NCBI GenBank assembly: GCA_965221485.1
Contig: OZ244893.1
Coordinates: forward strand, 3,515,726-3,579,725
Source: Alphaproteobacteria bacterium
GTDB taxonomy: Bacteria; Pseudomonadota; Alphaproteobacteria; MPNO01; UBA830
DNA length: 64,000 bases
Reading direction: 5' to 3'
The stretch's first letter is position 1, and each line of letters begins with the position of its first letter. The notes under the pieces are model-generated. The model was not told the origin of the DNA and searched no databases. It was given only the letters and a program-made list of their open reading frames with translations. Positions 38,347-47,091 of the stretch are shown here, one piece after another. Made by a program: the position numbers and the translations under genes.

Positions 38347-38904
38347 CTAAAATAATTTGATCAATGCAACGATCAGTCCACCCTGGGCAATCAAGGCGCC
38401 CAACAACCATTTCAACATTTCAGCCTTGACCGCTTCGATGTCAGCCTTGGTTTCCTGGCGAAGGGCATCCATCTCGGCCTTGATTTCCTGGCGAAAGGCA
38501 TCCATGCCGGCTTCAACCGCTGCGATGGCCGCCCTGGTTTCCTGGCGAAGGGCATCCATCTCGGCCTTGATTTCCTGGCGAAAGGCATCCATGCCGGCTT
38601 CAACCGCTGCGATGGCCGCCCTGGTTTCCTGGCGAAAGGCATCCATGCCGGCCCTGGTTTCCTGGCGAAAGGCATCCATGCCGGCCCTGGTTTCCTGGCG
38701 AAAGGCATCCCTGCCGGCCATGGTTTCCTGGCGAAAGGCATCCCTGCCGGCCTCAATCGCTGCGATATCAGCCTTGGTCGCCAGGTTGGCGTTGAGAAGA
38801 GCGACATGCTCTTCTGCCAGGGTTTCCGCCTGTTGCTCGGTGAAGCCACTCTCCGTCAGACGCTTCACGAAACGGTGGGTGTCGAAGGCGATCGCTTCAG
38901 TCAT
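38347..38904 (-). CDS. DUF1640 family coiled-coil membrane-anchored protein with expanded internal repeats
   Basis: N-terminus 'MTEAIAFDTHRFVKRLTESGFTEQQAETLAEEH' matches DUF1640. It has a C-terminal TM helix and a central run of 11-residue repeats (DAFRQETRAGM). Confidence 0.62.
   Translation of the reverse strand: MTEAIAFDTHRFVKRLTESGFTEQQAETLAEEHVALLNANLATKADIAAIEAGRDAFRQETMAGRDAFRQETRAGMDAFRQETRAGMDAFRQETRAAIAAVEAGMDAFRQEIKAEMDALRQETRAAIAAVEAGMDAFRQEIKAEMDALRQETKADIEAVKAEMLKWLLGALIAQGGLIVALIKLF
38449..38754 (-). repeat. In-frame tandem repeat array inside the DUF1640 gene: 2 x 87 bp followed by 4 x 33 bp (near-identical units based on ggtttcctggcgaaaggcatccatgccggccct)
   Basis: Read directly from the sequence: units start at 38449, 38536, 38623, 38656, 38689 and 38722. 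The 87-bp units are themselves built from 33-bp-like sub-repeats. Confidence 0.85.
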
Positions 38905-39228
38905 GGCCAGAGTATAAGCTTCGCCCCGCCCCGGGACAAACTTTACTGCCATCCACCCAGGGTATTTGTCTGCTACTCTCCAATGGAAAAACCCATACGC
39001 GCGAATACTACGTCGTGCGGCAGCCACCACCCGCCTGGCCCATCCGCTCGGTTGCGTATCCGGCGCCGCGCCGACGGCGGGTTTGCCCGCAGACCTGCCT
39101 GGACATGGATACGAATTTTCCCTGCTGACGAACCTGTATCGGATAGTCCAGGAGTCCTGTCGCGGCGGTTATGGCGAGGACTGAAGTGGGAGATCCCGTC
39201 CGGACCGAATAATGTTGGAGTAAGCTTT

Positions 39229-40071
39229 TCAAAAATCCGTCGAATTGCGGTTGACGGCCTGAAGACCCGGTCGATATGTCTTCTTGTCGAGAAACTCTTC
39301 CATTCCGCGTGCCCGCGTTTGCTCCCCGTCACGAAACTGAAGCGCCTGGATTTTCGTCATCAGATACTCGTAGGACTGCGGCACGTCCATGTTGACGACG
39401 GCGCGAAGAGCCTGTTTTGTAAAGGCCAATGCAACCGGGCTCTTTTCCATCAACTCCCGCGCCAATGCGACTGTCTCCTCGCGCAATTGGCCGGCGGGCA
39501 CCGCCAGATCGGCAAGGTTCATTTCGACGGCCTTCCGCCCATCGAATGTCCTTCCGGTCATCGCGTAGAACATCGCATTGCGGAATGGCATGCGATCGAC
39601 AATGACCTTGGAAACAATGCCGCCCGGAATGATGCCCCAGTTGATTTCCGACAGGCCGTAAATGGCGTTCTCTGCTGTTATCACAATGTCGCAGTTTGAA
39701 AGGGGGACAAATGCGCCCCCGAAAACGTAACCGTTGACCATCGCGATCGTCGGCTTGCGGGAGTTCGTCAGAATGTCCCAGCTCCAGTGCTTGTTGGCAG
39801 TGAACGAGCGGAACTGGGCTTCGGGGTCGTTGTCGGTTTCCCGGAAATACTCTTTCAGGTCCATGCCTGCGCTCCAGCTTTCCCCGGCTCCGGTCAGAAC
39901 AATGACTTTGGCGGCCGGATCCGTTTCCATGGCCATCAACACATTTTCCATTTCGTAGTGGAGCGTCGGATTCATCGCGTTTCGTTTTTCCGGGCGGTTG
40001 AACGTGACCCAGGCGATTCCGTCGTCGTCGATCTCGAGCTTCACGCATGTCAGACTGTCTTGCAATTTCAT
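39229..40071 (-). CDS. ech: p-Hydroxycinnamoyl-CoA (feruloyl-CoA) hydratase-lyase homologue, crotonase superfamily
   Basis: Strong end-to-end similarity to HCHL/Ech ('VTFNRPEKRNAM', 'VLTGAGESWSAGMDLKEYFRE', 'GLSEINWGIIPGG', C-terminal 'KTYRPGLQA'); 280 aa. Confidence 0.8.
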   Translation of the reverse strand: MKLQDSLTCVKLEIDDDGIAWVTFNRPEKRNAMNPTLHYEMENVLMAMETDPAAKVIVLTGAGESWSAGMDLKEYFRETDNDPEAQFRSFTANKHWSWDILTNSRKPTIAMVNGYVFGGAFVPLSNCDIVITAENAIYGLSEINWGIIPGGIVSKVIVDRMPFRNAMFYAMTGRTFDGRKAVEMNLADLAVPAGQLREETVALARELMEKSPVALAFTKQALRAVVNMDVPQSYEYLMTKIQALQFRDGEQTRARGMEEFLDKKTYRPGLQAVNRNSTDF

Positions 40072-40166
40072 CCTGCGAATCCCTCACTTTATTTACAGCG
40101 GCTTGGCGAGGCTTTCGGGCGCGCGCTATAGTCCCGGTCTTGCCCAATTGAATACAGGCTGGCCTC

Positions 40167-41327
40167 ATGACCTTCAGTTTTCGCACAGACAGTCCGGAAG
40201 ACAAGGCCTTTCGATACGAGGTCCGTGATTGGCTGCAGGAAAACCTTCCTCCGGACCTGCGTGGATGGTCTACGCGTCCTCCCGTTGACCGTGCTCTCTG
40301 GTGGCACCGGCAACTGAGGGACAGGGGATGGGTTGCGCCCCACTGGCCAACGAGCCACGGTGGCATGGGAGCCTCGCTGAACCGGCAAATCATTCTCAAG
40401 GAAGAACTGGCCCGTATCGGTGCTCCGGAAATTTCCGCCCAGGGAATCAACCATATTGGTCCCATACTCATGGAATACGGGACGGATGCCCAGAAAGCGC
40501 GCTTTCTTCCACCGATCCTGGAAGGTGGGGAAATCTGGTGCCAGGGCTATTCCGAACCGGGCTCCGGTTCGGACCTTGCCAGCCTCCGAACACGCGGGGA
40601 CATAGAGGGCGACGAGCTTGTCATCAATGGATCCAAGATATGGACAACATGGGCTCATCATGCGCACTGGATGTTTGCTCTGGTACGCACCGATCCTGAT
40701 GCGCCCCGGAAACAGGCGGGGATCAGCTTTGTTCTGGTGGACATGTCCTCACCCGGCATCCAGGTTCGCCCCATTCAGACCATTGCCGGCGACGACGAAT
40801 TTGCCGAAGTGTTTCTCGACGATGTCCGCATACCAATGGACAACCTCGTCGGAGAATTGCACGGCGGCTGGCGGGTTGCCAATGCCCTGCTGGCCCACGA
40901 ACGACTGGGAACTGCCAATCCCCAACTGCTGTTCGACGCCATGGAACGCGTGCGAAAGGTCGCTCAGGCGACAGGGGCAATCGATGATCCGGGATTTTGT
41001 GGAAAACTCGCGGAAACGGAAGTCGACATTGTTGCCTGCGCAGCCATGTTTGCGCACGCGGCAGAACTTGTAAACGCAGGCCGACCTCTTGGTTTCGACG
41101 CTTCAATCATGAAGATTACCGGCACCGAACTGTTGCAGGCCATTGCCGATTTGCTTCTGGAGGCTGCGGGCCCACATGGGGCCAACCTGGATCCTATCGA
41201 GACACCTCAAGGACCAGTAGAAGTTGCGCCTCTGTTTCTTCAGGTCCGAAGAGCGACGATTTACGGGGGGAGCAGCGAGATCCAGAGAAATATTCTGGCA
41301 AGACGGGTTCTGCATCTTCCGGTCTGA
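40167..41327 (+). CDS. Acyl-CoA dehydrogenase family protein
   Basis: ACAD N-terminal, middle beta-barrel and C-terminal domains ('CQGYSEPGSGSDLASL', 'INGSKIWTTWAHHA'). Divergent from ech across a 95-bp spacer. Confidence 0.85.
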   Translation: MTFSFRTDSPEDKAFRYEVRDWLQENLPPDLRGWSTRPPVDRALWWHRQLRDRGWVAPHWPTSHGGMGASLNRQIILKEELARIGAPEISAQGINHIGPILMEYGTDAQKARFLPPILEGGEIWCQGYSEPGSGSDLASLRTRGDIEGDELVINGSKIWTTWAHHAHWMFALVRTDPDAPRKQAGISFVLVDMSSPGIQVRPIQTIAGDDEFAEVFLDDVRIPMDNLVGELHGGWRVANALLAHERLGTANPQLLFDAMERVRKVAQATGAIDDPGFCGKLAETEVDIVACAAMFAHAAELVNAGRPLGFDASIMKITGTELLQAIADLLLEAAGPHGANLDPIETPQGPVEVAPLFLQVRRATIYGGSSEIQRNILARRVLHLPV

Positions 41328-41411
41328 CTACGGGGCATTCCTGCCAGCGCAGGCCAGCGACGAGAGTCGGGTCCTGTATCAGACAGGCGCTTCCGGGCCG
41401 GAGCTTGCGGC

Positions 41412-42608
41412 TCAGACGAGATCGACAGTGAGAGGATTGTAGGAATACAGCCAGGTGTTCCGGTCCTTGCCCTCATCCCTTTCTGCAAAGACGCGTCGGA
41501 TCTCGTCCACGCTGTCAAGGTGAAACAGGCGCCGGTTCTGGTCCGAATCGTTGACGACCCTTGCTGTCCTCGCCGTTCGATTTCGCTGGTACAGGTCAAG
41601 CGCATCCGCAATCCTGCTGCTCTCTTGCAGCGCCCGGGTGAGAACGGCTCCGTCCTCGATAGCCATCGCCGCACCCTGGGCGAGATAGGGCAGGGTCGCG
41701 TGGGCAGCATCTCCGAGAATAGTGGCGCGAGCCGTGCTCCACTTCTCGATTGTAGGACGGCGATACAGCGCCCAGCGATAGCACTCCTCGCGATCAACAA
41801 GATCAATGACTGTGAGAATGTCGGCGTGCCAACCCTCGAAGTCGGCCCGGAGATCTGCCCACGGGAACCTGAGTGTCCATGATTCCTCTGATGGCGTGGG
41901 CGTTTCCACCGCACCGACAAAGTTCAGGAGTTCACCGTTGCGGATCCAGTAGGAGACTGCGTGCTTGCCCGGGCCCATCCACACCGACATGACCGCGTCC
42001 ATAAAACCGGAAGGCAGGCGCTCTCGAGGGATCGTGAGCCGCCAGGCGGAATCCCCGGTATAGGTGGCCGGGACTTCGCCGGCGATCTGGTCCCGGATCA
42101 CCGACTTGACGCCATCGGCACCGACCACAAGGGCCCCCGTGGCTGAAGTGCCGTCGACAAAATGCACCGTCACCCCGGCTTCGGTTTCATCGAAGCCTGT
42201 TGCACGCTTGTTGAGATGGATCGCATCAGCCTTCTGTACCCGCACAGCATTGGCAAGAAGCTCATGGAAATCCGCCCGGTGAATTTGATTGTAGGGGGCC
42301 CTGTGCAGTCGTTCGTGATCGGCGGCGAGGGAGAATGAATCGATGATTTCCCCGGTATCGTGAAGGCGAAAAACGTAACCGGCTGGCTGCACGGATCTGG
42401 CTGTAACTTCGTCACCAATCCCGAGATGATTCATGACATGCATGGCGTTCGCACTGACCTGGATCCCGGCTCCGATTTCTCCCAGCACCGGCGCCTGCTC
42501 GTAGACTGCAACATCGTATCCGGCCTTGAGCAGACATCCGGCAGCAGCAAGCCCGCCGAGGCCGGCACCGATGACAAGTACGGGTTGGTCGATTTGTGAA
42601 GGATCCAT
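41412..42608 (-). CDS. FAD-dependent aromatic monooxygenase (salicylate 1-hydroxylase / 3-hydroxybenzoate 6-hydroxylase-like)
   Basis: GxGxxG 'VIGAGLGGLAAA', 'GADGVKSVIR' and C-terminal 'GDAAHATLPYLAQGAAMAIEDG' are class-A flavoprotein monooxygenase fingerprints. Confidence 0.85.
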   Translation of the reverse strand: MDPSQIDQPVLVIGAGLGGLAAAGCLLKAGYDVAVYEQAPVLGEIGAGIQVSANAMHVMNHLGIGDEVTARSVQPAGYVFRLHDTGEIIDSFSLAADHERLHRAPYNQIHRADFHELLANAVRVQKADAIHLNKRATGFDETEAGVTVHFVDGTSATGALVVGADGVKSVIRDQIAGEVPATYTGDSAWRLTIPRERLPSGFMDAVMSVWMGPGKHAVSYWIRNGELLNFVGAVETPTPSEESWTLRFPWADLRADFEGWHADILTVIDLVDREECYRWALYRRPTIEKWSTARATILGDAAHATLPYLAQGAAMAIEDGAVLTRALQESSRIADALDLYQRNRTARTARVVNDSDQNRRLFHLDSVDEIRRVFAERDEGKDRNTWLYSYNPLTVDLV

Positions 42609-43051
42609 GAATTCCTCGGCAGGTCGTGATGACCCGGTCTGGTTCCTGAACCGGGGAGAGCAGGACCGGTCTCGTCCATCGCAGCGTCATGGCCTCCGAC
42701 AGAAGTTCGGGTCCGGGCAACCATATCTGCGTTTCCCGCAGGATCGTCAAGAGTCTTTCTCCCCGCCATCCGGACGGCCGTCCCTTCGAACTCAGGTCCG
42801 TATGTTGAAATTCTGCTGTCGCCGCCGGGAGGCGCGACACAAGGACTGCTGATCGTGGGTTCTGTTGGTTGACTGCGATCAGGTAATGCGAACAGACCAG
42901 ATGTCTGCAACCGTATCCCGGCGTGGCTATCAAGCCTTCCTGGGATATATCGTCCCGTGGCCCCGGTCACCCCAGGCCGGAACGGAATCGCACAATAACT
43001 TCCATGACGAGGAGGACATGGAGAAGATCATCCGGCCTCCGGTGAGTGTTG

Positions 43052-43483
43052 TCATGAAGCGCGGGTCATTCGGACATGTGGAATGTTTGCTTCGAGAAAC
43101 TCTTCCCCGTCCTGGCGGAATCCCAGTTCTTCATAAAACGGAGCCGCCTGTCGTTGAGAGTTCAGGACGGCCTGGACAAAACCGTCCCGCCTCGCATCGG
43201 CCAGCAAACGTTCCATCAACATTCTGCCGACACCCTGCCTGCGCCAGGATTCGAGCACGGCGACCCTTTCAACCTTCACTACACCGCTTTCGAGCGGCCG
43301 GGCCCGCGCTGTTCCGATGGCGACGGATTGTCTGCGGGCAAGATAGTGCCGGCATGCATCATCGAGACCGTCGAATTCAATTTCCGGACTGACCCGTTGT
43401 TCATTGCAAAAGACCTGGGTGCGAATGCGGTAGCAGAGGTCACGGTCACCCGACACAACTGCTTCCCAAATCTCGACAGGCAT
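43052..43483 (-). CDS. GNAT family N-acetyltransferase
   Basis: Motif A 'RRQGVGRMLME' and a 143-aa acetyl-CoA-binding fold. Confidence 0.75.
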   Translation of the reverse strand: MPVEIWEAVVSGDRDLCYRIRTQVFCNEQRVSPEIEFDGLDDACRHYLARRQSVAIGTARARPLESGVVKVERVAVLESWRRQGVGRMLMERLLADARRDGFVQAVLNSQRQAAPFYEELGFRQDGEEFLEANIPHVRMTRAS

Positions 43484-43689
43484 GCGGCCTCACACCCTAT
43501 CGTCAGGAACCCCTGACGCTGCCTCCGGCGAGCCGGGGACGGTGCCTCCGTGAGGCAGGAGTGCGGAAGGGAGCATCGATCAAAAACATCTTCGTTGTCT
43601 CCTGAAGTCTCCGCTGCTGCGGGTCGTTGGCCGGGATCTGTCAATGACGTGATGAGGTTGGTTCAGGGAGTCCAGCCAGCTTTTTCCTT

Positions 43690-44493
43690 TCATGCCGGGC
43701 CGTCATATGTCCACCGGTATTCAGGTGGTGTTGGCCCCTTGTTTCGTCCGCCCTGGTTCATCTGCTCCCACGCGTGGGCCAGGATACCGACGGATCTCGA
43801 AAGGCAGAAGAGGCCGCGTGCCAATGGAGGTGGACAGCCAAGTTCCGAAAAAATCACTGCTGTCGCTCCGTCGATGTTGAGCGGTACGGACCGACCCTTG
43901 CTGGCCTTGAGCCGGGCTTCAATGGTCCTGGCGATGACGGCGAAGTGGCCATCCACGCAGCCATTGGCGACAGCCTCTCCAACCAGCTGGAGCAATCGCG
44001 GAGCTCTTGGATCCGAGATCTTGTGGTATCGATGACCGAAGCCGGGAATGAACCGGCTGCGGTGCTTTTGCCACCCGAGCAAACTGTCAGCAACGGCCGT
44101 TTCCATCGTTTGCCCTTCCTTCACCGCTTCCGAAATGGCGCTGAAGAGTTCGACGGCCTGTTCACCGGCACCGCCATGCACGTCTCCGAGCGTATTGATC
44201 GCCGTTGCCATGGCATTGTTGATGCCGACGCCGCAGGTGATGGCCATTCGGGCGGCGGCGATGGACGGGGCCTGCGGTCCGTGATCCACCGCGGAAACCA
44301 GAGCGGCCTCCAGCAGCCTTTCACGATCTCCTGACAGCGTCTCCCCAGTCAGCATCAGCCAGATCATTTGCGGGAATGACAGCTCACCGATCAATTCCTC
44401 GATAGGCTGTCCACGAATCACGATTTTGCCGGGTTCCATATCAATAATGGACGTCCGCCACCAGTCAGCGACATGGGGGGAATCCTGTGTCAT
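43690..44493 (-). CDS. Citryl-CoA lyase-like protein (short citrate-synthase-family member)
   Basis: Citrate-synthase-fold C-terminal catalytic region with His/Asp residues ('GFGHRYHK', 'NIDGATAVIF'). 267 aa, too short for citrate synthase. The start overlaps the stop of the upstream CoA-transferase (ATGA). Confidence 0.68.
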   Translation of the reverse strand: MTQDSPHVADWWRTSIIDMEPGKIVIRGQPIEELIGELSFPQMIWLMLTGETLSGDRERLLEAALVSAVDHGPQAPSIAAARMAITCGVGINNAMATAINTLGDVHGGAGEQAVELFSAISEAVKEGQTMETAVADSLLGWQKHRSRFIPGFGHRYHKISDPRAPRLLQLVGEAVANGCVDGHFAVIARTIEARLKASKGRSVPLNIDGATAVIFSELGCPPPLARGLFCLSRSVGILAHAWEQMNQGGRNKGPTPPEYRWTYDGPA

Positions 44494-45683
44494 ATCACTC
44501 CGTCTTCCTCGAGCCGGGCAAGTTCATCTGCTCCGATGCCCAGTTCACCCATGATTTCCGCATTGTGCTGGCCAAGGCACGGAGGAGGGGTCTCAACCGG
44601 TAGTGCCTTGCCATCGACCCTGGCGCCTGTGCGAACCAGCTTCAGGTCTCGTTCGACTCCGGGGACGTCCCGGAACTCCGCGATAAAGTCCCGCGACTGA
44701 ATGACCTCATGGTCCAGGATATCCGGAACGTTCAGGACCGGCCCCGCCGGTACACCAAGCTTCACGAGTTCCCTGACCAGTTCATCGGCCTTTCTGGTGC
44801 TGATCGCCTGTTCGATCTCGTCCTGCAGTAGCCTGCGATTGGCTTTCCGGTCTTCCCGGGTCAGAAAATTCTCATTTCCGATGAGATCCCCTCTCCCGAT
44901 ATGCCGCGCAAGGGTTTCCCACTGGGATTGTTTGTTGGCTGCGATGTTTATGACCCCATCCTCGGTCCGGAACGTGCCGGACGGGGATGACGTCACGTTG
45001 TCGTTGCCATGTGCCGCGGGGCGTTCACCTGCAACAAGCCAGTTGGAAATGACCCAGCCGGTCGTGGCAAGGAGGGCTTCGAGCATGGAGACATCGATGA
45101 ACGCGCCGTTATCCTTGTCATTGAGTGCCGCGCAAATGGCGAAGGCGGCCGTTAACCCACCGATGGTGTCAGCAACCGGGTAGCCAACGCGAAGCGGGCC
45201 GCTGTCCACGGTTCCTGTTGTTGACATAACACCGGCGGCGCCCTGCACGATCTGGTCGTAGGCCGGATAGCTTGACCAGGGACCATCCTGACCGAAACCT
45301 GATATCGCACAATAGACGATCCTGGGATTGACCTCACGCAAGGCTTCCCAGCCTACACCCAGCCGATCCATAACTCCCGGACGAAAGTTTTCAACCAGGA
45401 CATCGGCGTGCACAGCCAGTCGTTTCAGGAGCTCCCTGCCCTTGCTGTGTTTGAGGTTGAGAGTGACGGATTTCTTGCCAGCGTTCTGGGCAAGAAAAGA
45501 GACCCCCATATTGCGGTGATTGAGTTCCGGATCGGCGCCGAGTTGCCGCGCCAGATCTCCCCGTTCCGGAAGCTCGATCTTGATGACCTCGGCCCCAAAA
45601 TGGGCCAGTTGATGACAGCAGAATGGCCCTGCGAGAACATTGGTCAGATCAAGCACACGAATTCCTCGCAAGAGGCGGGTCAT
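44490..45683 (-). CDS. Family III CoA-transferase (CaiB/BaiF/Frc type)
   Basis: 'GIRVLDLTNVLAGPFCCHQLAHFGAEVIKIE' N-terminus, a conserved Asp region and ~398 aa from Met 45683. Confidence 0.85.
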   Translation of the reverse strand: MTRLLRGIRVLDLTNVLAGPFCCHQLAHFGAEVIKIELPERGDLARQLGADPELNHRNMGVSFLAQNAGKKSVTLNLKHSKGRELLKRLAVHADVLVENFRPGVMDRLGVGWEALREVNPRIVYCAISGFGQDGPWSSYPAYDQIVQGAAGVMSTTGTVDSGPLRVGYPVADTIGGLTAAFAICAALNDKDNGAFIDVSMLEALLATTGWVISNWLVAGERPAAHGNDNVTSSPSGTFRTEDGVINIAANKQSQWETLARHIGRGDLIGNENFLTREDRKANRRLLQDEIEQAISTRKADELVRELVKLGVPAGPVLNVPDILDHEVIQSRDFIAEFRDVPGVERDLKLVRTGARVDGKALPVETPPPCLGQHNAEIMGELGIGADELARLEEDGVI

Positions 45684-45920
45684 GGCCGTTCCCGGTTGTA
45701 GGCGGAACACTTCACTGTGAGCCCCGGCATCTCATTCTGGTTCATTCCTGCATCGGGCGGGGCGTGACAGCGAAAGCCAGGAGATCCTTCGCCGGCGGCG
45801 GAGACTCTCACAGGTCAGGTTACGAGCCCTGCCTGAACCATGGCAACCTAATGGGCTGCCGTTGAAGCCGCAAACGGAAAGGCCGGGGCGACAACCGTTG
45901 CGTCTCATCCTGCAGGACTA

Positions 45921-46011
45921 TGGCGGAGGGAGTGGGATTCGAACCCACGATACGGAGTTACCGTATACACGCTTTCCAAGCGTGCGCCTTCAGCCACTCG
46001 GCCATCCCTCC
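45921..46011 (-). tRNA. tRNA-Ser (anticodon GGA)
   Basis: Reverse strand GGAGGGA-TG-GCCGAGTGGCTGAAGGC-...CACGC-TTGGAAA-GCGTG-(long variable arm)-GTGGGTTCGAATCCCAC-TCCCTCC-G-CCA. The 7-bp acceptor, long extra arm and encoded CCA give a 91-nt type-II tRNA. Confidence 0.85.
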
Positions 46012-46743
46012 GCAGCCGGCGATAATGCTTGACCTGCAGGGCTGATGCAAGAGCGCAAACGGGCCCGCACTGGCCACTCACGAAACCATGATTCCTGATG
46101 GAACCGGAGCAGAGGTGAGGGGGTTGATTGCTGGTTCCACGGAATTTCTTTCACGCGCATTCATCGACTGCCAGGAAGGGTCGGGCCGCGGGTTGGCCCA
46201 TGAACGCGATCAGTCCGGGGGTGTCAGGTTTCATGCTCATGTCCGTGAGATCATGGCGAGAGGCCGCTACCCCCAGCGATGGTGAAGTTGAGAACAACAG
46301 GGAATGACAGGACTGGTCAGGAAAGCCCTGGGAGAGCGGACTTGACCGGCGCGCCTCTTGTCCTGCAGGAGCTCAAGAGGTCGTCTTCCGCCAGCGGGGA
46401 AAGGAGGTTTGCGTAATCCGGTTTTCTGTCCTGACCTGAACCCTCGAACATCCGAAGGCTTGACGGGTTTGTGGGAACATTGCGAAGTACCGCTTTCCGT
46501 CTTCCAGTGATCCGCTCCCTGTCCGATCTCTCGAGCGGCAGCCACCGGATCTGCCGGAACTTGAGAAGGATGCCGGAAACGGCAGTGACCAACCGAACCG
46601 GTCAGCCTCGAGCTTACGATGACCAAAGGCGGAGATCCTCGTTCGGCGGGAAGTCCTGCTTCGTGAACGCTGAGCCACTGGACGCCACCGGAACAAGCTG
46701 GCAAGTTTCCGGCATGCCTCTTGATTGCTGGGTCTGATGGCCG

Positions 46744-47064
46744 ATGTCTCTCCTGTTTCGCTTGGGTTGGCTCCTCACAGCCGCCGCAATTCTCCTGCTG
46801 GTCCATGAAGGCTACAATGCTGTTCTTGAAGACGGGTACAGGCTGATCCCGCTGGGAGAGATATGGTTTGTCCTCGACCGTATGCTGGGAACCGGTACAC
46901 TCAACCTCACACAAGCTGTCGTTCAGCGTTATTTATGGCCGTGGATCTGGGAAGATGGCATCCAGCAATTGCTTTTGTTCCCCGCCTGGGCCGTATTTCT
47001 GGTTCCCGGAGTTGTCCTCGCGGTCATCGGCGCCGCAGGACGGCGCCGGCGCAGGGGCCGGTAA
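46744..47064 (+). CDS. Hypothetical small membrane protein (106 aa, 2-3 predicted TM helices, Arg-rich C-terminus)
   Basis: ORF with clearly hydrophobic helices; no known family; weak RBS. Convergent with lepA. Confidence 0.35.
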   Translation: MSLLFRLGWLLTAAAILLLVHEGYNAVLEDGYRLIPLGEIWFVLDRMLGTGTLNLTQAVVQRYLWPWIWEDGIQQLLLFPAWAVFLVPGVVLAVIGAAGRRRRRGR

Positions 47065-47091
47065 AGACCATCCGGTACGGCGGTGTCGCCA

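Noticed and set aside
38449-38754. CRISPR-like array
   Set aside because: The repeats are contiguous with no spacers, lie in-frame within a coding sequence and encode an 11-residue protein repeat. It is a coding tandem repeat, not a CRISPR.
25330-46011. Integrated prophage or integrative element at tRNA-Ser
   Set aside because: No integrase, excisionase, transposase or phage structural genes were found. I could not find a direct repeat of the tRNA 3' end. GC content is not visibly different from the flanks.
46012-46743. RNase P RNA, SRP RNA, 6S RNA or tmRNA in the spacer next to tRNA-Ser
   Set aside because: There is some superficial similarity (GGAAAGCC..., CCTGACCTGAACCC), but none of the universally conserved cores (GGAAAGTCCGG..ACAGAAACCCGGCTTA for rnpB, GGTCAGGTCCGGAAGGAAGCAGC for SRP, or an alanine-tag reading frame for tmRNA) is present.
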